Made by a program: the position numbers and the translations under genes
Shown here: piece by piece, positions 39,393-50,003 of the stretch
Numbering within the stretch: position 1 is the first letter of the stretch
How the letters are laid out: each line of letters begins with the position of its first letter
Source of the DNA: Ignavibacteriales bacterium
GTDB taxonomy: Bacteria; Bacteroidota; Ignavibacteria; Ignavibacteriales; Melioribacteraceae
Direction of reading: 5' to 3'
DNA: 64,000 nucleotides
Assembly (NCBI GenBank): GCA_027348115.1
Contig: DAIEQA010000109.1
Coordinates: forward strand, 3,104 to 67,103
Notes under the pieces: generated by a model
What the model was told of the DNA's origin: nothing
Seen by the model: only the letters and a program-made list of their open reading frames with translations
Database searches by the model: none

Positions 39393-39947
39393 ATGAGACA
39401 CCCGAATATACTTCAAAGAGAAAACACGGCGCTTTTGGTAATAGACATACAGGAAAAAATTCTTCCCGTAATTTTTGAACACGAGCGTGTTGTAGAAAAC
39501 GCCTTAAAGCTTGTCAATGGTTTTAAAACCATGAATGTTCCTATTTTTTATACGGAGCAGTATCCAAAAGGATTGGGACACACCGAAAGCAAAATTAAAT
39601 CCGCTCTTCAGGGAATAGAAGCTATTGAGAAGATGAGTTTCAGCTGTTACGGAGCTGGAAATCTTTTTGAGATTCTTGAGAAAAATAATATAAGCAAGGT
39701 GGTTGTATGCGGCGTAGAGAGTCATGTTTGCGTCATGCAGACTGTTTTAGATTTGCTTGAGGAGGAATTCCAGGTTTTTGCAGCGGCGGACGCTATGTCT
39801 TCCCGAAGAAAATTCGATTATGAAATTGCTTTGAGAAGGATGGAAAAGAACGACGCGGAAATTACGCTTACCGAATCTATATTGTTCGAAATGCTTAATG
39901 TTTGCGGTACGGATGAGTTTAAAACAATTTCGAAGCTTGTGAAATAA
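39393..39947 (+). CDS. Isochorismatase-family cysteine hydrolase
   Basis: ALLVIDIQE and CGVESHVCVMQT (nucleophile Cys). Confidence 0.85.
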   Translation: MRHPNILQRENTALLVIDIQEKILPVIFEHERVVENALKLVNGFKTMNVPIFYTEQYPKGLGHTESKIKSALQGIEAIEKMSFSCYGAGNLFEILEKNNISKVVVCGVESHVCVMQTVLDLLEEEFQVFAAADAMSSRRKFDYEIALRRMEKNDAEITLTESILFEMLNVCGTDEFKTISKLVK

Positions 39948-39964
39948 GTAAAATAATGTTTTAA

Positions 39965-40462
39965 TTATTTCTTGTGTTTCTTCGGATACTCGAATAAAAT
40001 AATTTTTCCGCAGTGTCTTTCGGTTTCTTTCCACGAGTTAATTTTTAATTCCAACCCGGTTACGGCGCAGGTAGGCATATCCGTAACAAATTGATCTCCG
40101 AGCAAGTTAACGAAATTCGAGATACCGGGATTATGCCCGAAGAGCATAGCACATTTTACATCGTCAGGAATTTCGCGCACAACTTCCGTAAGCTCTCTCA
40201 TAGTCGCTTCGTATATTCTCTCTTCTTCCAAAATATTTTCAGATTCGTAATGAAGAACCTTTGCAAATATTTTAGCAGTGGAAAGAGCGCGCACGGCAGG
40301 ACTGCTCACGATTAAATCTGGTTTTATTTTTTTATCGAGAAGCGCTTTTGCAATTATTGGGGCATCGTGCTCTCCGCGATCGTTTAGAGGTCTTTCAAAA
40401 TCCGTTTGGCTGCTGTCATCCCAACTCGATTTTGCGTGACGGATTAAGTAAAGTGTTTTCAT
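39965..40462 (-). CDS. sixA: Histidine phosphatase family protein, SixA-like
   Basis: LYLIRHAKS (RHG-type motif) and a later GHNPG. ATG 40462 is preferred over GTG 40483. Confidence 0.75.
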   Translation of the reverse strand: MKTLYLIRHAKSSWDDSSQTDFERPLNDRGEHDAPIIAKALLDKKIKPDLIVSSPAVRALSTAKIFAKVLHYESENILEEERIYEATMRELTEVVREIPDDVKCAMLFGHNPGISNFVNLLGDQFVTDMPTCAVTGLELKINSWKETERHCGKIILFEYPKKHKK

Positions 40463-40473
40463 TTGAGCATTCA

Positions 40474-41178
40474 TCAATGGCACATTGGCGCCTGCATAGA
40501 AGATTGCGCCGCGAACTTAGGGCTTAAATACGGAATTCCGAGATTCAATCCGCGAAGGATAAAAAGTAAAGCGAGAATTACAGTAAGCGCAGGAATTAAT
40601 TTACCAATTCGTTTTCGAAGATTTATATTAATTGATTTGCCGAGCATAGCAGCCGCAAACATTATTGGAAAAGTGCCGAGTCCGAATAATGCCATATAAA
40701 GTGCGCCGTTTAATGCTGAACCCGTAGAAAGAGCGCCTGCAATTCCTACATAAACAAATCCGCAGGGAAGCAACCCGTTTAGCAATCCTATTGTAAAAAG
40801 GGAGGTATTGTTTCGCTTCAAAATTAACAGGGCAAAATTTGTTTTAATAAACGTTGTGATTGCAACGTAAATTTTTGTTCCCGAAATTTTTGTTTTGGTT
40901 TTCCGCGGAGTAATTACATAAACTAATATTATTGCGCCAAGTATAATTGAAAGATTTTGCTGAACCCCGAATAACACCAACCTATTACCGAATAATCCGA
41001 AAAGAGCGCCCATCAATGCGTATGTTACTGCGCGGCCTAAATTATACAAGACTCGTCCGAGCAATATTTTGAACTGCGATTCCCCAACAACAGGCAGCGC
41101 AAGAACAATCGGTCCGCACATTCCAACGCAATGCACGCTGCCGACTAATCCTACTAAGAAACCGGTCCAGACTTCCAT
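40474..41178 (-). CDS. TauE/SafE- or DsbD_2-like membrane protein at the end of the cco cluster
   Basis: Six TM helices and an HCVGMCGPI motif in TM1. Abuts fixH with no spacer. Confidence 0.6.
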   Translation of the reverse strand: MEVWTGFLVGLVGSVHCVGMCGPIVLALPVVGESQFKILLGRVLYNLGRAVTYALMGALFGLFGNRLVLFGVQQNLSIILGAIILVYVITPRKTKTKISGTKIYVAITTFIKTNFALLILKRNNTSLFTIGLLNGLLPCGFVYVGIAGALSTGSALNGALYMALFGLGTFPIMFAAAMLGKSININLRKRIGKLIPALTVILALLFILRGLNLGIPYLSPKFAAQSSMQAPMCH

Positions 41179-41625
41179 TTAATTTACCATTATAATCTTT
41201 TCGTTAAAATAAGAATTTCCTTTTGCAATCCAATCCACCTGCACTTTCCAAAGTCCTTTGGCAAGATTGTCGGTCCGAATGTATTGAGTGCGCGTGCTGT
41301 CCGGCGAAATGTTTACGGTAAAATCTTTTGTCTTATCGGAAGGGCGGTAGAGTTTTATTTTTCCTTCGTACTCGTCGGCTTTAAATATTTTTGGGAACAC
41401 AAATTTCAGCGTCACCGGCTCAATTGAAATATCCAATTGTTTAGGCAGGGCCTTGGTTCTGTTCATCTTATCTATTTGATCCTGGTATCTAATTTCTTTA
41501 GCGTAATAATCGTTGGTTACAAGTCCAACGTCTTGACCCATAAAAACAAATACCAGCGCAATGATGCCGAGGGCGAACAATGTATATACAATTGCAATGT
41601 TGGTACCCCATGATAATTTTTTCAT
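41179..41625 (-). CDS. FixH family protein
   Basis: Single N-terminal TM plus a beta-rich domain, positioned immediately after ccoG. Confidence 0.7.
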   Translation of the reverse strand: MKKLSWGTNIAIVYTLFALGIIALVFVFMGQDVGLVTNDYYAKEIRYQDQIDKMNRTKALPKQLDISIEPVTLKFVFPKIFKADEYEGKIKLYRPSDKTKDFTVNISPDSTRTQYIRTDNLAKGLWKVQVDWIAKGNSYFNEKIIMVN

Positions 41626-43025
41626 TAGTTAACCCTTCCTAAAAATGAAGTCTGAATTACATTTAAAAGTTTTCCGTCCGATTTCACGTCGATCTTCAGA
41701 TTAGTTTTTAATTGTTTGATTTCGGATTTGGCCAGAATCACGAAGAATTTTCCTTCGGCAACTTCCTGGGGGCCGACGTTCAAATCGCTGCCGATAAGTT
41801 TTATTTCCCCGGGAATATTTTCAAGAGAAATTGATATGGGAAGCCGATCGAAAGTTTTGTTCACAATTTTTATATCGTAAAGATTACTGATCTTATTGCC
41901 GGGCTGTTCCTGGAAAAGCAATCCGGGTGTTCTTAAAATACTCATATCGACCTGTGAACGGGTGAATAATAAAAAAGTAATCAAGCCTGTCAGCATTATA
42001 AGCACTACTGTGTAACCAACCGCCCGCGGCTTGAAGATTGACTGCCGGCCTGTTTCAATTCCGTTCTTGGAGGCGTAACGGATTAATCCTTTGGGCCTGT
42101 TTATTTTTCCCATCACATTATCGCACTCGTCGATGCACGCGGTACAATTAACGCATTCGAGTTGCGTTCCGTTGCGTATATCAATTCCGGTTGGACAAAC
42201 ATCAACACAAAGGCGGCAGTCGATGCAGTCGCCTAATTTTTGGTCGGAGTCTTTTCTAACCTTGCCGCGGGGCTCACCGCGTTTATAATCGTAATGAATT
42301 ACAATCGAGTTCTGATCGAGCATCACGCCTTGAAGCCTTCCATACGGGCAGACCATTGTACATGCCTGCTCTCTGAAAAACGCAAAGACGAAATAAAATA
42401 CTCCCGAAAAAATTACGATTGCGATAAATGTAGCGGAATGTTCTGCCGGGGTATCTTTGATGTACTGGTAAAGCTTATCTACTCCGATTATATAAGATAA
42501 AAATACATTCGCGATTATGAATGAGAGTCCGTAAAAAATAATCTGCTTGGTTGACTTCTTGAAAAATTTCTTTGCCGTCCATGGCGATACGTTTAGCTCT
42601 TTTTGCTTTCTTGCGTCGCCTTCAATAAAATATTCGATCTTACGGAATACCATTTCCATAAAAATTGTTTGTGGACAAACCCAGCCGCAGAATATTCTTC
42701 CGTAAACAACGGTGAAAAGAAAGATTGAAACTATTAACGCAATCATTGTAAGAGCGAACAAAAACATATCGTGCGGACCGAAGGGAATACCGAATATTAT
42801 AAATTTCCTTTCGAGAACATTTAGAATAATGAACGGGTGACCTTTAATTTTTATAAACGGTGCTATTACTAAAAAAGCAATTAACAAAATGCTTACAATA
42901 GTTCTGGCGTTATAAAATTTACCTGACGGCTTTTTGGGAAAAATCCAGATTCGTTTTCCTTCCTTGGTAACCGTAGCCAGCGAATCTCGAAACGCTTCTT
43001 CTTTTTGTATAGTTTGAGTTTCCAT
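41625..43025 (-). CDS. ccoG: Cytochrome c oxidase accessory protein CcoG/FixG (4Fe-4S ferredoxin membrane protein)
   Basis: CGWVCPQT, CTMVCPYG, and CIDCRLCVDVCPTGIDIR ... CVNCTACIDEC clusters. Confidence 0.9.
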   Translation of the reverse strand: METQTIQKEEAFRDSLATVTKEGKRIWIFPKKPSGKFYNARTIVSILLIAFLVIAPFIKIKGHPFIILNVLERKFIIFGIPFGPHDMFLFALTMIALIVSIFLFTVVYGRIFCGWVCPQTIFMEMVFRKIEYFIEGDARKQKELNVSPWTAKKFFKKSTKQIIFYGLSFIIANVFLSYIIGVDKLYQYIKDTPAEHSATFIAIVIFSGVFYFVFAFFREQACTMVCPYGRLQGVMLDQNSIVIHYDYKRGEPRGKVRKDSDQKLGDCIDCRLCVDVCPTGIDIRNGTQLECVNCTACIDECDNVMGKINRPKGLIRYASKNGIETGRQSIFKPRAVGYTVVLIMLTGLITFLLFTRSQVDMSILRTPGLLFQEQPGNKISNLYDIKIVNKTFDRLPISISLENIPGEIKLIGSDLNVGPQEVAEGKFFVILAKSEIKQLKTNLKIDVKSDGKLLNVIQTSFLGRVN

Positions 43026-43026
43026 T

Positions 43027-43881
43027 TTACATTTGCACAGTTTTAACGGAATCGGTTTTAGATTCTTCCCATTTTGTTCCCTGAGGCGGTTTTGCGTTAG
43101 GCGGATTAGTTCCGTGAAGCGAAATCACGTAGCTCGCAACATCCTGAATTTTCTTAGGGTCAAGCTGGGTTTGCCAGCTAATCATTCCTTTTGCCGGCAC
43201 GCCGTATTTAATCGTCTTGAAAATATTTTTTATTCCTCCGCCGTGAATCCAATAGTCATCGGTCAAGTTGGGACCGACAATACCCTCGGCATTTTGTCCG
43301 TGACATGCGATACAATTTTTCTTAAAGATTTCCTTGCCTTCGTTCAGCGCTGCAGCGTCGGTTAAGAGCGTTACGGTTTCTTCATTAAGGAACGCGCCCG
43401 TTTTAATAAGTATTTGTCTTTCCATTGCGGCCTGCTGCATCTCCTGTTTGTACTCGTTTGCTTCTACCTGTCCGTTGCCGAAGACATGAAAGACCAGCAT
43501 ATAAATTATTCCGAAAAGAATTGTTCCGTAAAAAAGAAAATTAAACCACGGCGGAATTTTGTTGTCGAGTTCACGTATGCCGTCGTAGTCATGGTCGAGA
43601 AGAATTTCCTGTTCCTTCTCAATCGGTGTAGCCCGCATCATATACCTTTTGAAAGCGATTAACGGATTGAGAAAAAAACTGCCGTTGTTGTCATTTCTTT
43701 CCGAATAAACAATTGCAAGCCAAAGAAGGAAGGCAATGAAAATAACGGTTACAATCGTCATAACTTTCATAATCGCATCAAGATCGTAACCTCCTTCCGG
43801 TATAGCCAGCAAGGGCGTATTAAATGTCATTGTCAAAAGGAAGAACGAAATCAACCAAAAAGATTTATTCCTGGATTTCAT
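43027..43881 (-). CDS. ccoP: cbb3-type oxidase subunit CcoP, single-haem form
   Basis: FixP N-terminal region (DHDYDGIRELDNKIPPWF) and only one CxxCH (CIACH). Confidence 0.85.
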   Translation of the reverse strand: MKSRNKSFWLISFFLLTMTFNTPLLAIPEGGYDLDAIMKVMTIVTVIFIAFLLWLAIVYSERNDNNGSFFLNPLIAFKRYMMRATPIEKEQEILLDHDYDGIRELDNKIPPWFNFLFYGTILFGIIYMLVFHVFGNGQVEANEYKQEMQQAAMERQILIKTGAFLNEETVTLLTDAAALNEGKEIFKKNCIACHGQNAEGIVGPNLTDDYWIHGGGIKNIFKTIKYGVPAKGMISWQTQLDPKKIQDVASYVISLHGTNPPNAKPPQGTKWEESKTDSVKTVQM

Positions 43882-44071
43882 TATTTATCTCTGAATTGTT
43901 TTTATTGTCTAAGTTAGAATCGAGCGGAAGATTTTCCATTCGATGTAAATATTTTTTATCAAGCTTCACTACCCAAACAACCGCGATTACAAATAATGAG
44001 AAGAAAAGAATCAGCGAGATTATCGGGAATATTTCAATACCGTCTATTTTAGTTAAATGATCCGAAAACAT
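43865..44071 (-). CDS. ccoQ: CcoQ/FixQ-like small membrane subunit
   Basis: 68 aa with a single TM (IFPIISLILFFSLFVIAVVWVV), positioned between ccoNO and ccoP. Confidence 0.65.
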   Translation of the reverse strand: MFSDHLTKIDGIEIFPIISLILFFSLFVIAVVWVVKLDKKYLHRMENLPLDSNLDNKNNSEINNEIQE

Positions 44072-44080
44072 TTTTGCCTT

Positions 44081-46207
44081 CTACTTTATTGCTGCCTGGT
44101 TTACTTTTATATCCGTGCCTAATCTCTGCAAGTAAGCAATCAGCGCTATAATATCTTTATCCGGTTCCGCCGGAGCGCCGTTTTTCATTAAGTCGTCCGC
44201 GATCGCGTTTGCTTGATTTTGCAATTCTCGGTTTGCGAATTTCTCATAACCTTTTTCGTAAGGAACACCGAGCATTCTCATAGCATTTATTTTTGCTTCG
44301 GTTGTGGAAGTATCCAGCGTTTGCGCGAAGAGCCAAGGATAACGAGGCATTATTGAACCAGGCGACATTTGTCGCGGATCCTCAAGATGCAGGTAATGCC
44401 ATAGGTTGGAATACTTTCCGCCTTCGCGGGCAAGGTCGGGGCCGGTTCTTTTCGATCCCCATAAGAAAGGATGATCGTAAACAAATTCTCCCGCTTTGGA
44501 ATATTCTCCGTATCGTTCGGTCTCCGATCTAAAAGGACGAATCATCTGCGAGTGGCACGAAACGCATCCTTCCCTTATGTAGATATCCCTTCCTTGAAGT
44601 TCAAGGGGTGTATAAGGTTTAACGCTTGCTATTGTCGGTATGTTGGATTTAATTAAAAAAGTGGGAACCATTTCCACCAATCCGCCGATCAATATTGCAA
44701 CCGTAGATAGAAGGGCAAATTTAACAGGTCTCTTTTCCAGCCACCTGTGAATCATTCCGCGCCTTAGTTTATCTTCTTCTTTATCAAAAGGAACTGCTTC
44801 GGCGTCTTCGTTCTTTACGAATGTTCCTTGCTTGGCAGTCTTAACCAAATTGTAAACCATCATGAACATGCCCGAGAAATAAAGCAATCCGCCGATTGAC
44901 CGGATCATATACATTGGAATAATTTGAAGCGTGGTTTCCAAAAAGTTTGGATATAGAAGAACTCCAAGCGGAGTGAATTGCTTCCACATTAATGATTGGG
45001 TAATTCCCGACCAATACATGGGTATCACATAGAAAACAATTCCCAAAGTGGCTACCCAGAAATGTACGGTAGCTAATTTTTTGGAATAGAGCTCTGTCTT
45101 CCACATTTTGGGAACCATCCAGTATAAAATTCCGAATGTAAGCATTCCGTTCCATCCCAAAGCTCCAACGTGAACGTGCGCAATTATCCAATCCGTATAA
45201 TGAGCAATGGCGTTAACGTTTTTAAGAGAAAGCATCGGCCCTTCAAATGTTGCCATGCCGTAAGCAGTAACGGCAACAACCATGAATTTTAAAATCGGAT
45301 TGTCGCGCACTCGGTCCCACGCGCCGCGCAGTGTAAGAAGACCGTTCAACATTCCTCCCCAGGAAGGAGCGATTAACATGATTGAAAAAACAGTTCCGAG
45401 AGATTGTGCCCAATCCGGCAGCGCGGAGTAAAGAAGATGATGCGGCCCGGCCCAAATATAAATGAATATCAATGCCCAAAAATGAAGTATTGATAGACGG
45501 TATGAATAAACCGGTCTGTTTGCCGCTTTGGGAAGGAAGTAATACATCAATCCCAAATACGGTGTTGTAAGAAAGAACGCAACCGCATTATGTCCGTACC
45601 ACCATTGAACAAGAGCGTCTTGAACGCCCGCATAGACGGGATAACTTTTTGTGAATGAAACCGGAAGCTCGATTGAATTTACCACATGAAGCACAGTAAC
45701 GGTAACAAAAGTTGCGATGTAAAACCAGACCGCAACATACATGTGTTTTTCTCGGCGCTTTATAATTGTGCCGAACATATTAATTCCGAACGCTACCCAG
45801 ACAACGGCAATCATTATATCTATCGGCCATTCAAGTTCGGCGTATTCCTTGCTCGTAGTTAATCCCATCGGAAGAGTAACGGCTGCGAGCAGAATAATTA
45901 ACTGCCAGCCCCAAAAATGAAATTGACTTAAACGGTCGTTCCACATTCTCGCTTTGCAGACACGCTGAAGCGAATAATATACTCCGGCAAATATCATGTT
46001 GCCGACAAACGCAAATATAACCGCGTTTGTATGAAGCGGCCTGATGCGTCCGAAGGTTGTATATTGAATTCCCAGATTAAGATCCGGTACGTAGAGCTGC
46101 ACTGCTATAATTAAACCGACAAGCATTCCGACAATTCCGAATACAACTGTCGCAATTATAAACTGCTTAACGATTTGATTATCGTAACTGAATTTCTCTA
46201 CCTGCAT
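44081..46207 (-). CDS. ccoN: cbb3-type cytochrome c oxidase, fused subunits I and II (CcoN-CcoO)
   Basis: The 12-TM haem-copper core (HWWYGHNAV, HHLL, HVHVGALGW) continues into a CcoO module with CVSCH. Confidence 0.93.
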   Translation of the reverse strand: MQVEKFSYDNQIVKQFIIATVVFGIVGMLVGLIIAVQLYVPDLNLGIQYTTFGRIRPLHTNAVIFAFVGNMIFAGVYYSLQRVCKARMWNDRLSQFHFWGWQLIILLAAVTLPMGLTTSKEYAELEWPIDIMIAVVWVAFGINMFGTIIKRREKHMYVAVWFYIATFVTVTVLHVVNSIELPVSFTKSYPVYAGVQDALVQWWYGHNAVAFFLTTPYLGLMYYFLPKAANRPVYSYRLSILHFWALIFIYIWAGPHHLLYSALPDWAQSLGTVFSIMLIAPSWGGMLNGLLTLRGAWDRVRDNPILKFMVVAVTAYGMATFEGPMLSLKNVNAIAHYTDWIIAHVHVGALGWNGMLTFGILYWMVPKMWKTELYSKKLATVHFWVATLGIVFYVIPMYWSGITQSLMWKQFTPLGVLLYPNFLETTLQIIPMYMIRSIGGLLYFSGMFMMVYNLVKTAKQGTFVKNEDAEAVPFDKEEDKLRRGMIHRWLEKRPVKFALLSTVAILIGGLVEMVPTFLIKSNIPTIASVKPYTPLELQGRDIYIREGCVSCHSQMIRPFRSETERYGEYSKAGEFVYDHPFLWGSKRTGPDLAREGGKYSNLWHYLHLEDPRQMSPGSIMPRYPWLFAQTLDTSTTEAKINAMRMLGVPYEKGYEKFANRELQNQANAIADDLMKNGAPAEPDKDIIALIAYLQRLGTDIKVNQAAIK

Positions 46208-46279
46208 GAAGAGAACTCCTTGGATTATTTGTAAAATTTTTTTTTAGAAGATAGGAGTTAGTAGATAGAAGTTAGATTT

Positions 46280-46483
46280 TTATGATTCCTTGTTTTCTTT
46301 TTTCTTATTTCCATCTTCTATCACCTCACTTCTGTTTTCTGTTTTTCTTTCATCGAATAAAATTCTAACCGACGGGGTATACTTATCGTCGTATTGACCG
46401 CTTTTGACAGCCCACAAATACGCTGCTAAAAATCCGCCTGCAACAAGCAGACTTGCGCCGACTAAAAGAACAACCACCGACAT
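46280..46483 (-). CDS. ccoS: cbb3 oxidase maturation protein CcoS/FixS
   Basis: 67 aa. LVAGGFLAAYLWAVKSGQYDD is the CcoS signature. Confidence 0.85.
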   Translation of the reverse strand: MSVVVLLVGASLLVAGGFLAAYLWAVKSGQYDDKYTPSVRILFDERKTENRSEVIEDGNKKKENKES

Positions 46484-48906
46484 TAGATCAAACCTCTTTT
46501 CTTTGCAATGAGGTTAGTTGCCAAAGTTGTAAACACAACAACAGATATCGAACTGACCGGCATGAGAACAGCGGCAACAAGGGGAGATAACAAACCGCGG
46601 AAAGCAAAACTTAAGCCGATCGCGTTATAAATCAACGACAATATAAAACTTGCTATAATAATTTTGTTGCCCGTTTTAGAAAATGTTATAAAATCTTTCA
46701 ATCGATGAAATGAGGAAGAATCCAATATACCTTCGCATGCCGGCGAAAAGTTGTTTGTATTATCGGAAATAGAAATCCCGACATCGCTCTGCTTAAGCGC
46801 GCCGGCGTCGTTAAGACCGTCGCCAATCATTAAAACTTTTTTGTCTTTTTGCTGAAGCGCTTCGACAAATTCCAACTTATCCTGCGGAGATTGACGAAAA
46901 TACAATTCGCTGTCTTCCGTAAAATATTTTTTAAGATTTAGCTTCTCGCCTTCGCCGTCTCCGGAGAGCAATGCAAGTTCATATCTTTTTTCGAGATCGG
47001 GTATGACCTTGTCTAATCCTTTTCTATACTTGTTTGAGAAACGGAAGTATCCGCGCTCCGAATTGTTTATAGAGATAAAAACTTTGGTTGAGTTGTCATC
47101 TTCAATAATATTTTTCGTGCTCGCAAACTTCCGCGAACCGATCTTATAATTATCCCCGTTTACATAAGCAAAAATTCCTTTGCCTGGTTGTTCCTCAAAT
47201 TGATCGACTTTTTTGACTGACAGATTAGGGATGGTGTTTAATATCATAACGCTTAACGGATGAGTGGAATTTCTCACAATCGATTTTATGCTTGTCAGTT
47301 CGTCATCAGTCAGGGGGTCGCCAAAGTAATTTACATCGGAAGAATTGTTTTCGGTTATTGTTCCGGTTTTATCAAATACAACCGTGTCGATCGACGCTAA
47401 CTTTTCGATAACGTGCGTGTTCTTAATATAAAATTTATGTCTTCCGAAAATTCGCATAATATTACCGAGAGTAAACGGAGTTGAAAGAGCCAGAGCGCAA
47501 GGACAAGCCAAGATCAACACTGACGTGAAAGCATCGAGGGCTGTTTTAATATTCGGCATCCATACAATTGCGGAAGCGGCAGCGATCAGCAAAACTCCGA
47601 ATGTAAAATATTTACTAATAATATTAGCTAACGAAGTTACACCGGATTCTTGTTCTTGCTCTTTGTTGAACGCTTTATTATTCCACAACTGGGTCAAATA
47701 GCTTTGGGAGACTTCCTTTATCGTTTCGACCTCGACTGCGCTGCCGATTTGCTTGCCGCCGGCATAAATCATTTGGCCGTTATGTACCGGAACCGGTATC
47801 GATTCGCCGGTAACAAAACTGTAATCGATGTTTGCCGTACCTTTTATTAAAATCGAATCGGCCGGAATTAATTCGTTATTCCGTATAATAATTCTTTCGC
47901 CGAGATTTAATTTTTCAACCGGTATTGTTGTTTCATTTCCGTCTTTCCTAATTGTCACCGAAATCGGAAAATACGATTTGTAATTCCGTTCAAAGTTTAA
48001 TGTGTCGTAAGTTTTGTTTTGAAAAAGTTTTCCTACGAGTAAAAAGAAAACAAGCCCGGCAAGAGAATCGAGATAACCGGCACCGTTGAAAAAAATTATG
48101 TCGATCATGCTTTTAACGAACAAAACAGCTATCCCAAGAGCGAGCGGAACATCGATGTTGACAATTTTTTTCTTGAGTCCTTTCCATGCGGAAATGAAAT
48201 AATCGCTGCTGCTGTAAAAGAAAACGGGCACGGCAAGGATAATATTTAAGTAGGCAAATAATCGTTTCAAATGTTCTTGTTCGGCAATCCCGACGGAAAG
48301 ATATTCCGGAAAGCTCAACAGCATTATATTCCCAAAGCAAAATCCTGCCACGCCGATTTTGTAGTATAACTTTTTGTATTCACTCTTGCTTTCCTCTTCT
48401 TTTTTCTCTTCGAGATTTAATTGCGGTTCGTAACCGATTGAATCGAGAAGTTCCACCACTTCTCTTAACGAGGTTTCATTCTCTGAAAAAGTAACGAAGA
48501 TTTTCTTCTGCAGAAAATTAACTTTAGATGATTTAATGCCCGGATTCAGATTATGAAGATTCTCAAGTATCCAGATACACGAACTGCAGTGCATCTGCAG
48601 AATATCGAAAGTGATTTTGGTTCGATTACCGTCCGTAAAATCGATTAGTTTTTGTTTTAAGTCGAGATCGTTTAGGAAATCGTAGTTCCGCTTAATATAA
48701 TTTTTTCTTGTTATACCAGGGTTGTGGTCTATTGAATAATATTCGCAAAGATTATTTCCGTGAAGAAGTTCATAGACGGTTTTGCAGCCGTTGCAGCAGA
48801 AAACTTTGTCATCGATTTTGATCAAATCATCCGGACACTCCTCGCCGCAGTGAAAACAAATTAGCTTTGTATCCGTTAATTGTTCTAGAGTTTCTGCCCT
48901 TTCCAA
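46483..48906 (-). CDS. ccoI: Copper-translocating P1B-type ATPase CcoI/FixI
   Basis: N-terminal Cys-rich finger plus an HMA-like MHCSSC, the CPC membrane motif (ACPCAL), DKTGTIT and GDGLNDAGAL. TTG start. Confidence 0.9.
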   Translation of the reverse strand: MERAETLEQLTDTKLICFHCGEECPDDLIKIDDKVFCCNGCKTVYELLHGNNLCEYYSIDHNPGITRKNYIKRNYDFLNDLDLKQKLIDFTDGNRTKITFDILQMHCSSCIWILENLHNLNPGIKSSKVNFLQKKIFVTFSENETSLREVVELLDSIGYEPQLNLEEKKEEESKSEYKKLYYKIGVAGFCFGNIMLLSFPEYLSVGIAEQEHLKRLFAYLNIILAVPVFFYSSSDYFISAWKGLKKKIVNIDVPLALGIAVLFVKSMIDIIFFNGAGYLDSLAGLVFFLLVGKLFQNKTYDTLNFERNYKSYFPISVTIRKDGNETTIPVEKLNLGERIIIRNNELIPADSILIKGTANIDYSFVTGESIPVPVHNGQMIYAGGKQIGSAVEVETIKEVSQSYLTQLWNNKAFNKEQEQESGVTSLANIISKYFTFGVLLIAAASAIVWMPNIKTALDAFTSVLILACPCALALSTPFTLGNIMRIFGRHKFYIKNTHVIEKLASIDTVVFDKTGTITENNSSDVNYFGDPLTDDELTSIKSIVRNSTHPLSVMILNTIPNLSVKKVDQFEEQPGKGIFAYVNGDNYKIGSRKFASTKNIIEDDNSTKVFISINNSERGYFRFSNKYRKGLDKVIPDLEKRYELALLSGDGEGEKLNLKKYFTEDSELYFRQSPQDKLEFVEALQQKDKKVLMIGDGLNDAGALKQSDVGISISDNTNNFSPACEGILDSSSFHRLKDFITFSKTGNKIIIASFILSLIYNAIGLSFAFRGLLSPLVAAVLMPVSSISVVVFTTLATNLIAKKRGLI

Positions 48907-49121
48907 ATTTGGTTCTTAGATTGTGTAATAAACTGTTGCTTAAAACTTCTATGTGAAGATAAAAAATCCAAGACCTTTTGTCTAATAATTATTAATGAAG
49001 TATATATCCGCATATTCAAATCTTTCTGATATGAAGAACATGCCAATAACTGAACATGCATCTTGGGAATTCTAAAACGACATACTTAAATTTGCAACAT
49101 TAAAAAATTACCGGAGGTTCA

Positions 49122-49892
49122 GTGTTGACGTTAAAAAATAAAATGGTTTTTATCACGGGCGCTTCGTCTGGAATAGGTAAATCATGCGCTTATGCTTTTG
49201 CCAAGGAAGGAGCCAATATAATAATCAGCGCCCGAAGGGTAAATCTTGTTGAAGAAGTTGCGGAGGATATCCGCCAAAAGTTCGGGGTTAAAGTCCATGC
49301 GTTCCAACTTGATGTTAGAAACAGGAAAGAGGTTATAAATTCCGTCGACGCTCTCCCCGGTGAATTTAAAAATATTGATATCTTAATCAATAACGCCGGC
49401 TTGGCAAGAGGACTAAACAAATTTTACGAAGACAATCCTGACGGCTGGGATGAAATGATTGATACAAATGTGAAAGGATTGCTTTACGTGACTCACGCGA
49501 TTCTACCCGGTATGATGGAAAGGAAGTTCGGGCATATAATCAATATTGGTTCGATAGCCGGACGCGAAGCTTATCCTAAAGGTGCGGTTTATTGCGCAAC
49601 CAAGCATGCGGTTGACGCAATTACCAGATCATTAAGGATGGATACAATAGATAAAAATATCCTTGTGAGCACAATAGATGCCGGACTGGTAGAAACGGGA
49701 TTCAGTAAAGTTCGTTTTTACGGAGATGAAGAGAAAGCTAAAAATGTTTATAAAGGATTGGATCCGATAACCGGCGATGATGTTGCAGATGCGGTAATTT
49801 TCTGTGTGTCGCGTCCGCCTAATGTTAATATTTCGGAAATTACTTTGCTTGCTGCAAGGCAGGCTAACGCTACAATATCTTACCGTGAGTAG
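49122..49892 (+). CDS. Short-chain dehydrogenase/reductase (YdfG-like)
   Basis: TGASSGIGK, NNAG and YCATKHAV motifs. Confidence 0.88.
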   Translation: MLTLKNKMVFITGASSGIGKSCAYAFAKEGANIIISARRVNLVEEVAEDIRQKFGVKVHAFQLDVRNRKEVINSVDALPGEFKNIDILINNAGLARGLNKFYEDNPDGWDEMIDTNVKGLLYVTHAILPGMMERKFGHIINIGSIAGREAYPKGAVYCATKHAVDAITRSLRMDTIDKNILVSTIDAGLVETGFSKVRFYGDEEKAKNVYKGLDPITGDDVADAVIFCVSRPPNVNISEITLLAARQANATISYRE

Positions 49893-49950
49893 GAACACTC
49901 CCCTTAATTCTATTCTTTGTAACGAGAGAGACACAAGATGAGGGTCAAAA

Positions 49951-49985
49951 AAGAACCCCGATAAAATCGGGGCTCTTGGTTTTTA
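49951..49985. terminator. Bidirectional terminator between the convergent SDR and tsaC genes
   Basis: AGAACCCCGAT-AAA-ATCGGGGCTCT, with an A-run on one side and a T-run on the other. Confidence 0.75.
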
Positions 49986-50003
49986 TAGGATGAAAATTTA
50001 TGC

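Noticed and set aside
46208-46279. An FNR/CRP-type box (TTGAT-N4-ATCAA) upstream of ccoNO, and at 48907-49121 upstream of ccoI.
   Set aside because: I saw no match to the dyad in either region. Oxygen regulation, if any, is not via a canonical FNR site that I can see.
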